From: Squalus acanthias
Lineage: Eukaryota
NCBI GenBank assembly: GCA_030390025.1
Contig: CM059432.1
Coordinates: 50,842,001 to 50,906,000, forward strand
Direction: 5' to 3'
DNA length: 64,000 nt
Part shown: positions 35,837-48,499 of the stretch, in pieces
Layout: every line of letters begins with the position of its first letter
How positions within the stretch are numbered: the stretch's first letter is position 1
Notes under the pieces: model-generated
The model's database searches: none
Seen by the model: only the letters and a program-made list of their open reading frames with translations
Told to the model about the DNA's origin: nothing
Made by a program: the position numbers and the translations under genes

Positions 35837-36574
35837 CAACAGAGACCCCTATGGAACACAACTGACCATACCACTGAAATTTCCTCAGGGATTCTCCCAA
35901 ACGACTGCTATAACTCCAGTTGGCGATCAGTGGAAACCCCGGATAGACACATAAATGGGGTTTCCGACGGTGGGGCAGAGTATAAAAGGGGCTGCCGATT
36001 ATTACACACTTTGCTCTACCGCCCAAGACGAATTTCAGCCCCCTGGTGTTAAAGCGATTGTGGATAGGAAGTTGTTTGAAGGAAAGAAAACTGTTGTGGT
36101 TAATGAATGTTTTTGGACTGGAGCGTTAGAAACATTGGTGTCCCCCAGGAGTCAGTGTCAATATAATGAACGGCTGGCCACACCTGCTGCTTCTTTCTCT
36201 CAGAATGCACGTTATTCTAGGCTACCTCAAACATCTTCAAAACTCTTCAACAGCGCACACACTAATCCACTTCCACTTTTCTTGCAGGAAAAGCTGGCAC
36301 ACAACAGAAGGGAGAGCACAAGAACAGGAGGAGGGCCAGCTGCTATATGCATCCTGACACCGGAAGACATTAACTTTACTGGCAGAGAGAGAAAGAGAGA
36401 GAGAGCTTGCAGCATTGAAGATGGTCAGGCTGGAGGTGACACACATCAGGGCGTTTGGGCATTTTCCCTTCCTTTACTCTTTCTACTTAACTTTCTCATC
36501 ACACACTCAGTATGATAACCTGTTGTTGCATTGTGTTGCCACCCATCCTCTACTGCTTACTTTGCCATTACATG

Positions 36575-38187
36575 CTCCACTTTGACTCCACTCACTTCCG
36601 CCAAATTAAAGGTGTTGCTATGGGAACCCGCATGGGTCCTAGCTACACCTGTCTTTTCGTGGGAAATGTGGAACATTCTTTGTTCCAGTCCTACTCAGGT
36701 CCCCTCCCTCACCTCTTTTTCCGGTACATTGATGACTGTATCGGTGCCGTTTCCTGCTCTCGCCCTGAACTAGAAAATGTAATTCACTTTGCTTCCTATT
36801 TCCACCTTTCCCTCACCTTCACATGGTCCATCTCCGACTCTTCCCTTCCCTTCCTCGACTTCTCTGTCTCCATCTCTGGGGATAGGCTATCGACAAACAT
36901 TCACTATAAGCCCACTGACTCCCACAGCTACCTAGACTACACTTCCTCCCACCCCGCTTCCTGTAAGGACTCTATTCCATTCTCCGAGTTTCTCCGTCTC
37001 CGCCGCATCTGCTCTGACGATGCTACCTTCCATACTAGTATTTCCGACATGTCTTCCCTTTTCCTCAACTGAGGATTCCCCTCTACCATGGTTGACACGG
37101 CCCTTGACCGTGTCCATTCTATTTCCCACACTTCTGCTCTCACTCCTTCCCCTCCCTCCCGGAACCACGATAGAGTTCCCCTTTGTCCTCACCTTTCACC
37201 CCACCAGCCTTCACATTCAACGGATCATCCTCCGCCATTTCCGCCACCTCCAGCGTGATCCCACCACCAAACACATCTTCCCCTCACCTCCACTTTCAGC
37301 ATTCCGAAGGGTCCGCTCCCTCCGCGGCACCCTGGTCCACTCCTCTATCACCCCCAACACCCCTTCCCCTTCGCCCAGCACCTTCCCGTGCAAGCGCAGG
37401 AGATGCAACACCTTCCCTTTTACCTCCTCCCTTCCCACTGTCCAGGGCCCCAAACACTCCTTCCAGGTGAAACAGTGATTTACTTGTACTTCTTGCAATT
37501 TAGTATACTTTATTCGCTGCTCATGATGCGGTCTCCTCTACATTGGGGAGACCAAACACAGATTGGGTGACCGCTTTGCGGAACACCTCCATTCAGTCCG
37601 TAAGGGGGATCCCGAGCTTCCGGTTGCCTGTCACTTTAATTCTCCGCTCCACTCCCACTCTGACCACTCTGTCCTCGGCCTCTTACACCGTTCCAATGAA
37701 GCTCAACGTAAGCTCGAGGAACATCACCTCATCTTTCGATTAGGCACTTTACAGCCTTCTGGACTCAACATCGAGTTCAACAATTTCAGACCATAATCTC
37801 TGCCCCTATCATTTTTTTTCTCTCTCTCTCACATGACAGCTGTCGATCGTTCTGCCATTGCCATTTACACTTCATCTAGAGCCATCTTTTGTTTCTTAAC
37901 TTGTCCCATTACCGTCTCCTTTTGCCTTGCACCATCATCCCTTTTGTCTCTTAATCTCTCCTGCCTTCCATCCTATCACAGACCTTCCCTTTTGTTCTTT
38001 CCTCCCCTCCCCCCTCTCCCTGCCCCTGCACTTGCTTAAAAACTTTTTCCAGTTCTGACAAAGAGTCATTGACCTGAAACGTTAACTCTGTTTCTCTCTC
38101 CACAGATGCTGCCTGACCTGCTGAGTATTTCCAGCATTGTCTGTTTTTATTTCAGATTTCCAGCATCTGCGGTATTTTGCTTTTGTT
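36575..38187 (+). mobile_element. 5'-truncated Penelope-like retroelement (RT + GIY-YIG endonuclease)
   Basis: GVAMGTRMGPSY, FFRYIDD, LPFLD, YKPTDSHSYL (Penelope RT); C..CN, VYFIRC..CGLLYIGET, RLGDRFAEHL, PSGLN (GIY-YIG); several stops and frameshifts. Confidence 0.95.
38051..38087 (+). ncRNA. Degenerate hammerhead motif at the Penelope terminus
   Basis: AGTT-CTGACAA-AGAGTCATTGACCT-GAAA-CGTT-AACT (core G8 changed to A). Confidence 0.55.
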
Positions 38188-38369
38188 GTAACTTGGGAAT
38201 TTGGAGAGAGTGGGAATTCAGAGCAGGGGGGAGAAGGAGCTGCTGTTTTATGCCTCCAAAACTTGGAGTGCTTTGTGTTGCAGGTAAATATTTAATTTTA
38301 TTCACCTAGAACTTTAACTAAATCTGGTAATTAGTTATAAAACAAAACTGCAAGCTAATTAAATACATA

Positions 38370-38806
38370 GGGGAAAATTGGGTTGCTTTGCGCCTCCCGT
38401 TAGCGACCCCGGGGGCCGCTAACGGGGCGCAAAGCCCCTAGCGCCTGGGCGCGGCGTCATTAATGCCACCCTGCGCCTCCGGCGATGATGTCATCACCAT
38501 GCACAGCGCCCCGGCCGCAAACTTCAGCTGCGCCCCCTGACCTATCGCTGGACGATAAGACCGACAGGGTCAGGGTGGCGTTTTTGCAGCCACAGCGACG
38601 GTATTTAAAGGGGCAGGTGTCGGGCGGCCATTTTTTTTTCTGGCGGCCTGCCAGCACCTGCCCCCTTCCCTCTTTTATTCGGGGTGCCGGCCGCGATCGG
38701 CACCCCGTTCCCCGGTGGTCCAGCAGGGCCCCGGTGTGCGCAGCGCTAGACCCCTCCCCTTTAACCAGGGGAGGGAGGCCTGCAATACCGTGGCACTACG
38801 TGCCGA
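38370..38806. mobile_element. Truncated MITE family 1 copy
   Basis: GGGGAAAATTGGGTTGCTTTGCGCCTCCCG start, collinear with the 33038 copy. Confidence 0.85.
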
Positions 38807-39419
38807 AGGGTTTTCAATTCGTGAGGCACTCGCAGCAGCCTGGGAGTCCAAATGGATTGGGTCTTAATTCGAATCATGGAAGTCTACTCTCCCACAAATC
38901 AGTGGGATTGCTGACCTGCAGCCTGATGGTAGGAGCAGTTGTGTAATGGGAAGGGAACAAGTTACCATGTCTTATGATGACCCAGAAAACTAGCTGGGCT
39001 AGACTGCCTTGACAGTCATGGAGCTGCAGTAGTCTGCAGCCAGGCTCTCATAAGTCTGAGCTCTTAGTGGTCACCGACCACAAACATCTGCAGACCTTAT
39101 GACTGAGCCACAGCATCCTTCCACCTCCCATGCTGAAGTGAATGAGGGAGCAACTCATATGAGAACTAGACTAGGTTTAGAGCACTTAACACAGGAACTA
39201 AGGGGTGGTCCCACCAGGGTGGTAATTAGTATTATGGCACTTTGAAGCATGAAAATTATATTCCTTCTGGACTTGCTGCGCAGACATAATTCCTGTACTA
39301 GCTGGTGACCCTGCAGTTTTAGGTGATATGAATTTCAATGTTAGTCTTTGGGTGCATGCAGTTTATACAAGGGTGGAGGATGCTACATGTTGGACATGAC
39401 TGTTAATGTAAGGGAGCAG

Positions 39420-39670
39420 GGAATGTTTAGTTGAAGTGCTCTTCGGTAAGCTGCTGCTGAAGACTTCTGGCTAGAGGCATGTGTTGGAGCCCTCCCACTT
39501 CCTCACCATCTTCTGTCATGAGTGTCGTCACCCTCATCAAGCTGAAGTTCCTCGTCCAATGGTGGCTCCAGGTGTTGTTCCTGTTGCAGAGCAAAGTTAT
39601 GCAGCAGACAGCCAAGCACTGTCATATGGGACACTGGGCTTACTGTGAATTAATTGATGCCAGCTGATAG
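39420..39670 (-). pseudogene. Old Harbinger transposase C-terminal relic
   Basis: Reverse strand GCTGTCTGCTGCATAACTTTGCTCTGCAA resembles the CCxLHNxA motif, followed by acidic codons. Confidence 0.45.
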
Positions 39671-40095
39671 CATTTCTTTTAGAAAAAAAAAGCAAGGTCA
39701 TTATAAAACACTAATATAATTTAACAAAGGTTAATTTTCCTATAATATGCATATGTTGATGATTGCTGAGTGTTTCCTGAATCATCAGTAAATGTAATTC
39801 TTTTCAGTAGTAATGTGGTGCATTCTTCCAGCACAAAAACATTTTACTGCCTAGCCCCGATTTTGCACTCCCTGCACAATCTGTGCAAGGAATGGCTGTC
39901 TGCCAAAACCAAGCTAACCCAGAGTGCACTGAGGTGACTGTGTCACATTTTGCAAGGTCAGGTCATTTGAATGATTAGCATGAGTTTTCAGAACAAATTT
40001 GACCTTGCACCAATAGTTAGCCTAATCGGGTGTGTGGCAAATGAAATTTAAAGGAATGAGTGCACTTAAAGGGAACTGGCTGCATATTGGAGCAA

Positions 40096-40608
40096 ATATT
40101 CTTTCAGCCTTGATAAAACTTCGAGGTGGATTGTAAATATTTATCCAGAAAGGATTGTCTGGGTCAATACATTTGGGTGTTGCCTAAGACGGGTATGTAT
40201 ATAAATTGTGAGATACAATTGCAGAAGCCTTTTTTCTCAAGAACTACTCTTCCTCTTCCAAATCTAGGAAAACCAGAAGAATTTCCATCCTGTCCACTTT
40301 GATTGCTGCAAGTAAACGGAGATGAAAATTAATGCAGCAATAAAGATGCAGATAAAGCAATACAATAGGCAAAACAAAATGTTAAAAAGATGTGCTTACG
40401 TTTAAGAAGCCTCTTACAAGTCAGGCCATGTACAGTGTCACCACGTCATTTCAAACGCGAACAAAGCCACAAGATCCAGACGCAACTGTATTTCATACAT
40501 TATGTAGACACATGTCTTAGTCAGGACACATCTTTACTGGCCCAGACAATCCTTCCTGGGCAAATATTTAAAATTCACCATAAAGCTTTATGAAGTCTGA
40601 AAGAATAT
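40096..40608. repeat. Old fold-back element with ~125-bp inverted arms
   Basis: 40096-40221 is an imperfect reverse complement of 40481-40608 (ATATTCTTTCAG..., AAGGATTGTCTGGG shared). Confidence 0.8.
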
Positions 40609-41830
40609 CCCAGCATTTTTCTTTGCTGCCAAATGAAGCATGCTAGAAATTGGACGTGCTAGCCTGTTTGTGTCCAACTTGCCCCGAGGGAGGCTGCATG
40701 CTGCCAGCAGAGCTTTGTCAAAATCAAACTCATGTCTGTTGCTAACAAAGTATGAAAATGTAATCTATCTGCAAGTGCACTGCAATCGCCAGTCCAAAGT
40801 ACAACTTGTAAACAACAACTATTGCTATTCATTTGATTTTCTTTTCAAGCTGGTTTGAAATGGAGAATTAGTGGAACTGGAAACAGTTTACCAACCAACA
40901 GCGAGTGTGGGTGCAGAATGGTTTAGGAGGTGCTGTCGAAGAAGCCTTAGCAACTTGCTTCAGTCATCCTATAGATAATACACACTACAGCCACCGTCCG
41001 CCGGTGATGGAGAGAGTGGATGTTTAAATCAGATGAGGAGTCTCCACAAGACCGTTCTTGTGCACTTCCTGGTAGCTAGTCAAGATTCTATGATTCTATG
41101 ATTCCTCTTAAATTCAGGAGGTGTGTCACTTGAGGGAACCAACAAGGAAAGAAAATGGGGGAGAAAAGAGGTTTTTTTGCCTCATGGAGGGATACAGATT
41201 ATTCCCCCTCAAAATAAAAGGTTCAAATTAATGCGTGGAAATATAAGATAATGGATAGACCAGGAATGTCACATTTTTCACTGAAGGGCAATGTTAGTGA
41301 CTCAGTTTCTGGTGGAGTTGAGAGAATTGAAACTGGAAGTCTTGCCTACGCTGTGTAACCAAATCTGACTCTGAAAGTATAGATCACAAGTCAGCATAAC
41401 CAGGGAAAAACTCACTCTGCAGCACATTTTTCAGTAAGTGCAGATTCATTATTTTTTAAAAGGTCAAAAACAAATGCCTCTTCCACAATTAAATTGGTTA
41501 AACTGAGCCCTCAATCCGAATTTCTGATACTATTTAAAGCAGTTATCACTGAATAACTATGATTATTTTGCATAAGGAGAGTAGGCAGGTGTGTACATTG
41601 TATGCAAATGAGCACAGTTCTTTGGGCGATTTATTTCACTGAGAGAGAGCAGGGCAGAGCTAGCAAGTGTGCAGTTCTTTGAAAGAGTGGGAATTAAGGA
41701 GCACAGGAAGATGAGATGAGGTCAGAGCCAGTAGGTGAGCGCAGTGGGCCAGCAAAAGAAAAGCTGGTGTGTAAAAAAGAATGGAAGTGCCGACAGTTTG
41801 TGTTCATTTCATTCTGCCCCTCTTCAGATA

Positions 41831-42088
41831 GAAAGAAAATAAATAACTTGCATTTATATAGCACCTTTCATGACCTCAGGACATTCCAATGTGCTTTACA
41901 GCCAAAGAAATACTTACGAAGTGTAGGCACTGCTGTAATGTAGGAAACGCGGCAGCCAATTTGCGCACAGCAAGGTCCTACAAACAGCAATGTGATAAAT
42001 TACCAGATCATCTGTTTTATTTAGTGATGTTGGTTGAGGGATAAATATTGGCCAGGACACCAGGAAGAATTCCCCTGCTCTTTATGAA
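41831..42088 (-). mobile_element. Deu-type SINE, 3' half
   Basis: Collinear with 22094-22350. Confidence 0.85.
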
Positions 42089-42643
42089 AATTCTATCAGG
42101 TAAGGAGCCATGGCTGTAGTGGATAACAGCAGCCATCCATCCATCCTTTCTGGCCCTTGATTGCAATTAAATGAAGGACTCATGGCAACTGCTAACAAAG
42201 TACACATTAAGGTGTATAATTTGGTCTCTATGGCCACAGGGCTGCTGCCCATTCACGGAGTGGAAGCCCTTTCTGCTCAGGAATGATGTACCTTTCGGGA
42301 TAGGTATACACGTGGCCATGGGTGTGCCATCAATAATGCTCTGCACTTTAAAGAATCCAGCTAGACAGTAAAGGTGCAGTTTTTTTCTTGTTGCTATCTA
42401 TTTTCCATAGGGAAATTGATATAAAGTCACTGGTCTGGGCAAACAAGACATCTGTGATGTATATGATTCAACTGTGCACTTCAGGTTAGGAGATGTGACC
42501 TAGGAAGATCCCAGGAGCATAAATATTTATGGCAGCAGTTATCTTAAGCCCCACTGACAGAGCTTTCCCTATCCTAGAAGTGGTTTCTAGGTCTGGCTGG
42601 AGGACACTGCAAAGTTCTGTCACAGCTTCCTTGAGGAATCATT

Positions 42644-42756
42644 GGGGTAATTTTTTGTCTTCAGTGCATGAGCGTTAATCTAACAGAGCAGATCACTTAC
42701 CCATTATAGAGCTCGTCTGATTTTCATGGTATGCAGTGAAGACAAAAATTTACCCC
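42644..42756. mobile_element. 113-bp MITE
   Basis: ~26-bp TIR GGGGTAATTTTTTGTCTTCAGTGCAT / ATGCAGTGAAGACAAAAATTTACCCC; ATT on both flanks. Confidence 0.8.
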
Positions 42757-45406
42757 ATTGTCTTCACACACAGGTTTCTTTGGATATATCCTGCAACGAT
42801 TGCCCTAGCCTGCATACATGAGTGGTACTTTTGAGGACAGGTCCTACTTGATCAACGAGGGTGCATATACACCTGTCTCGCACGCCTCCTTTGATCTTTC
42901 TCTTCACCCAGAACTTGCAAAATAGAGAGAATGGCCAGAAGGGATACCCATATGTCCTCTATAATCACAATGCAACTGAACCTCACACAATGACCGTTCC
43001 TGGGGTAACAGGCACAGATAATAGATGAGGTACTGTTTTAAGAATCTGAGAAAAATAGTAAAGAAGCAATCAGTGCAATCAAACAGAGGAGCTGCTGGCA
43101 ATAACAAAAAAAAATGAGTCCACTTTAAGAGAAAATACCCGACATGGTGACTATGCCTGATTCATATGTTCAGGCACTCTGACTGCATTATTGGCTATGA
43201 CCACATTAGGATTTTTTCTGGGTCTTACTGAGCTTAGTGCACAACTGGTGCACAGACTCTCAGCAACAACAGGTGTTTTCAAATCGTAGTATAAAACGTT
43301 GCAGGCAGTGAGCAGGCCTCACAACCCAACAATATAGGGTAACGCTTTCTGATCACAGCAGTGTTACCGCTGCCAAACATCGCATTATCAGCCTAAATAA
43401 TAAAGTTTAATGTGAAAGTGTATGTGTGAATGACACAAATATGTGAATGATGGATCATAAGTTCCGCTAGTTCAAAAAATAGTCTGAACATTTGGTTTAT
43501 ACTCTGCATAGATTCCACAGCTGATGGTTATTAAGCAGAGTGCAAATGATGGAATTTTTTATATGATTTTTTTTAGAAGTATTTCAGGTAGTTCTGTTGA
43601 ATGGAGCGTAATTAATTTCTTTACAGACTAGTGATAAAGTGGGGTAAAAATACAAATCTTTTAGATTTTCCTGGTAATTCAAGCAGATACTAGCGTTTTT
43701 CACTCATTTATTGTTCAAGCAAAGATGCAATAAAATCAGTCTGTGATTTATATTAATTGGAGCAGAAAATCCTTGGACCAGAGGTATCCAGGAGCAAAGT
43801 GGAATCAGACAATCTAAATATTGCTAGCGGGTGCCAGCACAAACAACTTACCACCTGTTTTGGTGGGAGGAAGATACAGTGCTGGCAAGTCTCTCATCAT
43901 GGTGGAGGTAGGGGGGTTAAGCCGGCACCACTGGCTTCAAAGAATTTTAAGATGTTGGCAATGACAGCTATTCACCATATAATGCCAACAAGATCCTGGG
44001 TTGTCCAGATCGAGATTCAGGCCTGGTCACTTCAGTGAGCCCACTTGCATCCCTCCATGACCTGGACACTGGTATCTTTTTGGTGTCTAGATCGCTGGGC
44101 ATTCAGGAGGCAGGGTTGGAGGAATTCTGGCGGGGGAGGCCATCCTGCTGGCCTTGGTTGCTCCTGACATCATGAGCCTGTTATGGGCCAATGGAATTTC
44201 ACCCATTCCATGCCCCAACAAGAATTTCCCTTGGCCCTTTTCTGGGAAGAGGTGTGGCGTTTCCAGGCCCTGCCTGATTTTCCACGCCGCTGTACTTTCG
44301 ACAATTTTAATTGCGGAGCGCCCATGCCCTGAGAAAATTCAGAGCAATTGTGTTTACAGTTTATAAGACCATTTTGGCAAAAGTGCTTGCTGTCTTGAAA
44401 ACACTGAGGACTAGAAATTCGGCTGCGCCCATTTTTGGGCATGCGAGATGGTGCAAGAAACAGTCCCTTGGCCTGAGCGATGGGGCGTGAGGTGTCACCA
44501 CTATTGGTCCTCGAACCTCGGGAGGAGGTAGGGATCCTAGGGAAGGTAGAGGTGGCTGGGGGGTGGGTAGCTGCGTTGATCGGAGGAGGGGGAACGCCTG
44601 TTAGAGCGCATGTCTCTGGTCAAACCAAACTTGCAGTGGAGACTTTAAACAGGCATTCGGCCCCTTATTTTGTATATGCAAAGGCCCTACTGTCTGTTTC
44701 AGGCATGGGCACTGCACAGTGATTTTTTTGGTCTTTACCAATAAGGCAGGTGGTGCATTTCCAGTTCAGAATGAGTGTGCATTTCTGGCCTGCACTATTG
44801 GAGGCTCAGGAGCCTGTGGGCCCTGCGCGGCCGAACTTAAGATTGCACAATTGTAATAGCAGTACATGAGGTAGCACACTCAGGGAAGGGGGAACATCAT
44901 CTGGTAGGAGTATGTGCAATTTTAAATTCGATGCCTTTTGTCCCTTCTTTGTGTCTTTCAGTTCCGACACTCACCCTTGTTCTTTTGCAATCTAACCATA
45001 AAATTCCTCTTTTGTGATTGTCGCAATTTGTGGTTGGTATACTTAAAAAAGGAAGTTGGCATTTTGCTGCTCAAAGAAAACATTTCTGCATGTAACTGTG
45101 ACATATATAACAGCCCTCTGAGTTAATGAATGTTATGGCAGGTTTTCGACTAACTAAACGAGTTAGAGATGAGAACAGTTTGAATAGGGGTAGAAAGCAA
45201 AAAATAAAATAGGTAGGTATTTTGCTACATACTTTCCCAGTGAGAACATTTCACCCAATCCTATTTCATAGTCCAAACATAGCTGTTTTAATTCCTTCTG
45301 ATCACATGTGTATATGTCATTCAATCATTCTTAGCATATCTATTTATATAATAAAACATTAAGCATCTAGTGCATCTATCACGTCACATGTCAAACGTTT
45401 AATGCA

Positions 45407-45464
45407 TCACACCTCACAATTGTCACACCTCACAATTGTCACACTTCACAATTGTCACACTTCA
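45407..45464 (+). repeat. 16-bp tandem repeat, ~3.5 units
   Basis: TCACACYTCACAATTG repeated. Confidence 0.9.
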
Positions 45465-45527
45465 GCATGCCCACATCTGTAGGGTAAAACATAGTGATTG
45501 GCTGAAATGAGGACTTATCTTTGAAGT

Positions 45528-46420
45528 CTTTTTTTTTATTTGTTTATGGGATGTGGGAGTCGCTGGGAAGGCCAGCATTTATTGCCCATTCCTAATTGCC
45601 CTCGAGAAGGTGATGGTGAGCCGCCTTCTTGAACTGCTGCAGTCCGTGTGCTGAAGGTACTCCCACAATACTGTTAGGAAGGGAGTTCCAGGATTTTGAC
45701 CCAGTGATGATGAAGGATCGCTGATATATTTCCAAGTCAGGATGGTGTGTGGCTTGGAGGGGAACTTGGAGGTGGTGGTGTTCCCATGCGCCTGCTGCCC
45801 TTGTCCTTCTAGATGGAAGAGGTTGTGGGTTTGGGAGGTGCTGCCGAAGAAGCCTTGACGAGTTGCTGCAGTGCATCTTGTAGATGGTACACCCTGCAGC
45901 CACGGTGCGCTGGTGGTGGAGGGAGTGAATGTTTAAGGTGGTGGATGGGGTGCCAATCAAGTGGGCTGCTTTGTCCTGGATGGTGTCGAGCTTCTGGAGT
46001 GTTGTTGGAGCTGCACTCATCCAGGCAAGTGGAGAGTATTCCATCACACTCCTTACTTGTACCTTGTAGATAGTGGAAAGGCTTTGGGGAGTCAGGAGGT
46101 GAGACACTTGCTGCAGAATACCTAGCCTCTGACCTGCTCTTGTTGCCACAGTATTTATGTGGCTGGTCCAGTTAAGTTTCTGGTCAATGGTGACCCCCAG
46201 GATGTTGATGGTGGGGGATTCGGTGATGGTAATACCGTTGAATGTCAAGGGGAGGTGGTTAGACTCTTGCTGGTTGGAGATAGTCATTGCCTGGCACTTC
46301 TGTGGCGCGAATGTTACCTGCCACTTATCAGCCTAAGCCTGAACGTCGTCCAGGTCTTGTTGCATGCGGGCATGGACTGCTTCATTATCTGTGGAGTTGT
46401 GAATGGCGCTGAACACTGTT
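45528..46420 (-). mobile_element. CR1-clade LINE family B, 3' end
   Basis: ORF 45592..46287 ILGVTIDQKLNWTSHI...KVQVRSVMEYSPLAW. Confidence 0.94.
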
Positions 46421-47370
46421 GCTAAACATGAACAAAATAAAAGCAATTTGATTCAGTCAGTCAGAGGTACCAATGATGAATGATGTAAAGAATTGAGCAA
46501 TCAAATGACTCAATTTTTTTGAAATCTACCAATCCTAAACTGGCAAGTAGTAAGAAGCAACCAATCAAATGCTCAAATAACTTGGTGAAGTTGTCTTAAG
46601 CCACCATCTTGAATTTTTCAATTACTTGAAAATTTACCAGGAAAATAATGTTTATATCACATGTAGCATCAACCAATTGCAGGAGATAACCGCTACTAAG
46701 AATCTGAAGATATATATTCCAAACAAGCGGCCAATAAGCCAGAATGATAAGATAGACTCTTACAGAAAACACTTTCAGTTAACTGCACGAACTGCCAAAG
46801 CACAATAGTCATTTCCATGTGTGCTCAGTACACTAGCAAAACAAAGGCCTCTAGGGCAACTAAGGATGGGCGATAAATGCTAGCCTTGCTAGTGATGCCT
46901 AACCCAAGAATGAATTTTCAAAAAAGGTCAGGCTACAAAGAACGTGGGTCAGATCAGTGCAGATTGGGCTGAGTGCTTCCAAGTCTGCTTCTTCATCCAC
47001 CCACCCCAAGTGCTTACTGTTTTGCTTCTTCACTCGCCTGCCTAGCCCAGCGCACCTGCCTAGCCCAGCGCACCTGCCCTAACTTGTGTACAAGCTGCGC
47101 TCTCACATGTTCGCCCCATCTGCCCAAATGCTTCCTGACTCACCAAACGTGAAAAAGGAGTGTGAGAGGTGGTGAAGGAAAGCAAAAGAGAGTGGGAAGA
47201 TGAAGGATGCAACTTGCAGGGTGATTGAGTTTTACAGATGCTCTGAGAGACATCTCCATTATCCGTGCCAGCTCCTGCCTGTTTCCGTCTGCTGTGCACT
47301 CCCTCAGCATGTGCTGAGATCAGTGCTGGAGCAGGCTATTGGGCAGCATTGAGATTGTCGAAGCCCTGTG

Positions 47371-47966
47371 TTTTTTTTAACCGTTTATGGGATCAGGGCG
47401 TCGCTGGCAATACCAGCATTTATTGCCCATCCCTAATTGCCCTTGAGAAGGTGGTGGTGAGCCACCTTCTTGAACTGCTGCAGTCTGTGCGGTGAAGGTA
47501 CTCCCACAGTGCTGTTAGGTAGGGAGTTCCAGGATTTTGACCCAGCGACGATGAAGGATCGGCGATTTACTTCTAAGTCAGGATGGTGTGTGACTTGGAG
47601 GGGAACTTGGAGGTGGTGGTGTTCCCATGCGCCTGCTGCCCTTGTCCTTCTAGGTGGAAGAGGTCGCGGGTTTGGGAGGTGCTGCCGAAGAAGCCTTGGT
47701 GAGTTGCTGCAGTGCATCTTGTAGATGGTACACACTGCAGCCACGGTACGCCGGTGGTGGAGGGAGTGAATGTTTAAGGTGGTAGATGGGATGCCAATCA
47801 AGTGGGTTGCTTTGTCCTGGATGGTGTCGAGCTTCTTGAGTGTTGTTGGAGCTGCACTCATCCAGGCAAGTGGAGAGTATTCCATCACACTCCTTACTTG
47901 TGCCTTATAGATGGTGGAAAGGCTTTGGGGAGTCAGGAGGTGAGACACTCGCTGCAGAATACCTAG
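47371..47966 (-). mobile_element. CR1-clade LINE family B, 3' end
   Basis: Collinear with 45528-46125. Confidence 0.93.
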
Positions 47967-48392
47967 TGTTATGGTGATCTCCAACCAGTTCCTCAGCAAG
48001 GTGAAACCAGACAAAACAGACTGCAATGGATTAGAGTGCAAGCTCTCGAGAGCGCCAATCAAAGTAGTGGTGGAAGGCAAGTCTGAGCTTAGAATATTGG
48101 CCAATGAGGGCCCTGCAGTGGCCATGCTCTCCATGGTGCACTGCAACTCAGTCAGACGCTCATGCCGCACTGCACAGAAGCAGGCTTGTCAATACCTCCA
48201 TAAACTGTACAGGCCGCTTGGCACCATTCAAATGACTGCATGAACTGCTGATGCTGAGCTACCAAATCAGGTCATGACCCAGGAGCGAGCACGAGGCCCA
48301 GGGGCGAGGTTGGGACCCAGGAGTGGCGCAGCGTGGGCCAGCAGCGGGGTCAGGAGGACCACACTGCAGCCTATGAAACCCAGGCAGAGAGG

Positions 48393-48498
48393 ACATAGAA
48401 ACATAGAAGATAGGAGCAGGAGTAGGCCATTCGGCCCCTCGAGCCTGCTCCGCCATTCGATGAGATCATGGCTGGTCATCCAAACTCAGTACCCTGTC
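48393..48498 (-). mobile_element. CR1 family A 3' tail
   Basis: Reverse of GGAGCAGGCTCGAGGGGCCGAATGGCCTACTCCTGCTCCT...TTCTATGTTTCTATG. Confidence 0.85.
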
Positions 48499-48499
48499 A

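Noticed and set aside
46620..46790. Hydrophobic minus-strand frame VYLIILAYWPLVWNIYLQIL... as a transmembrane exon
   Set aside because: Weak acceptor, an upstream in-frame stop, and T-rich composition suffice to explain it
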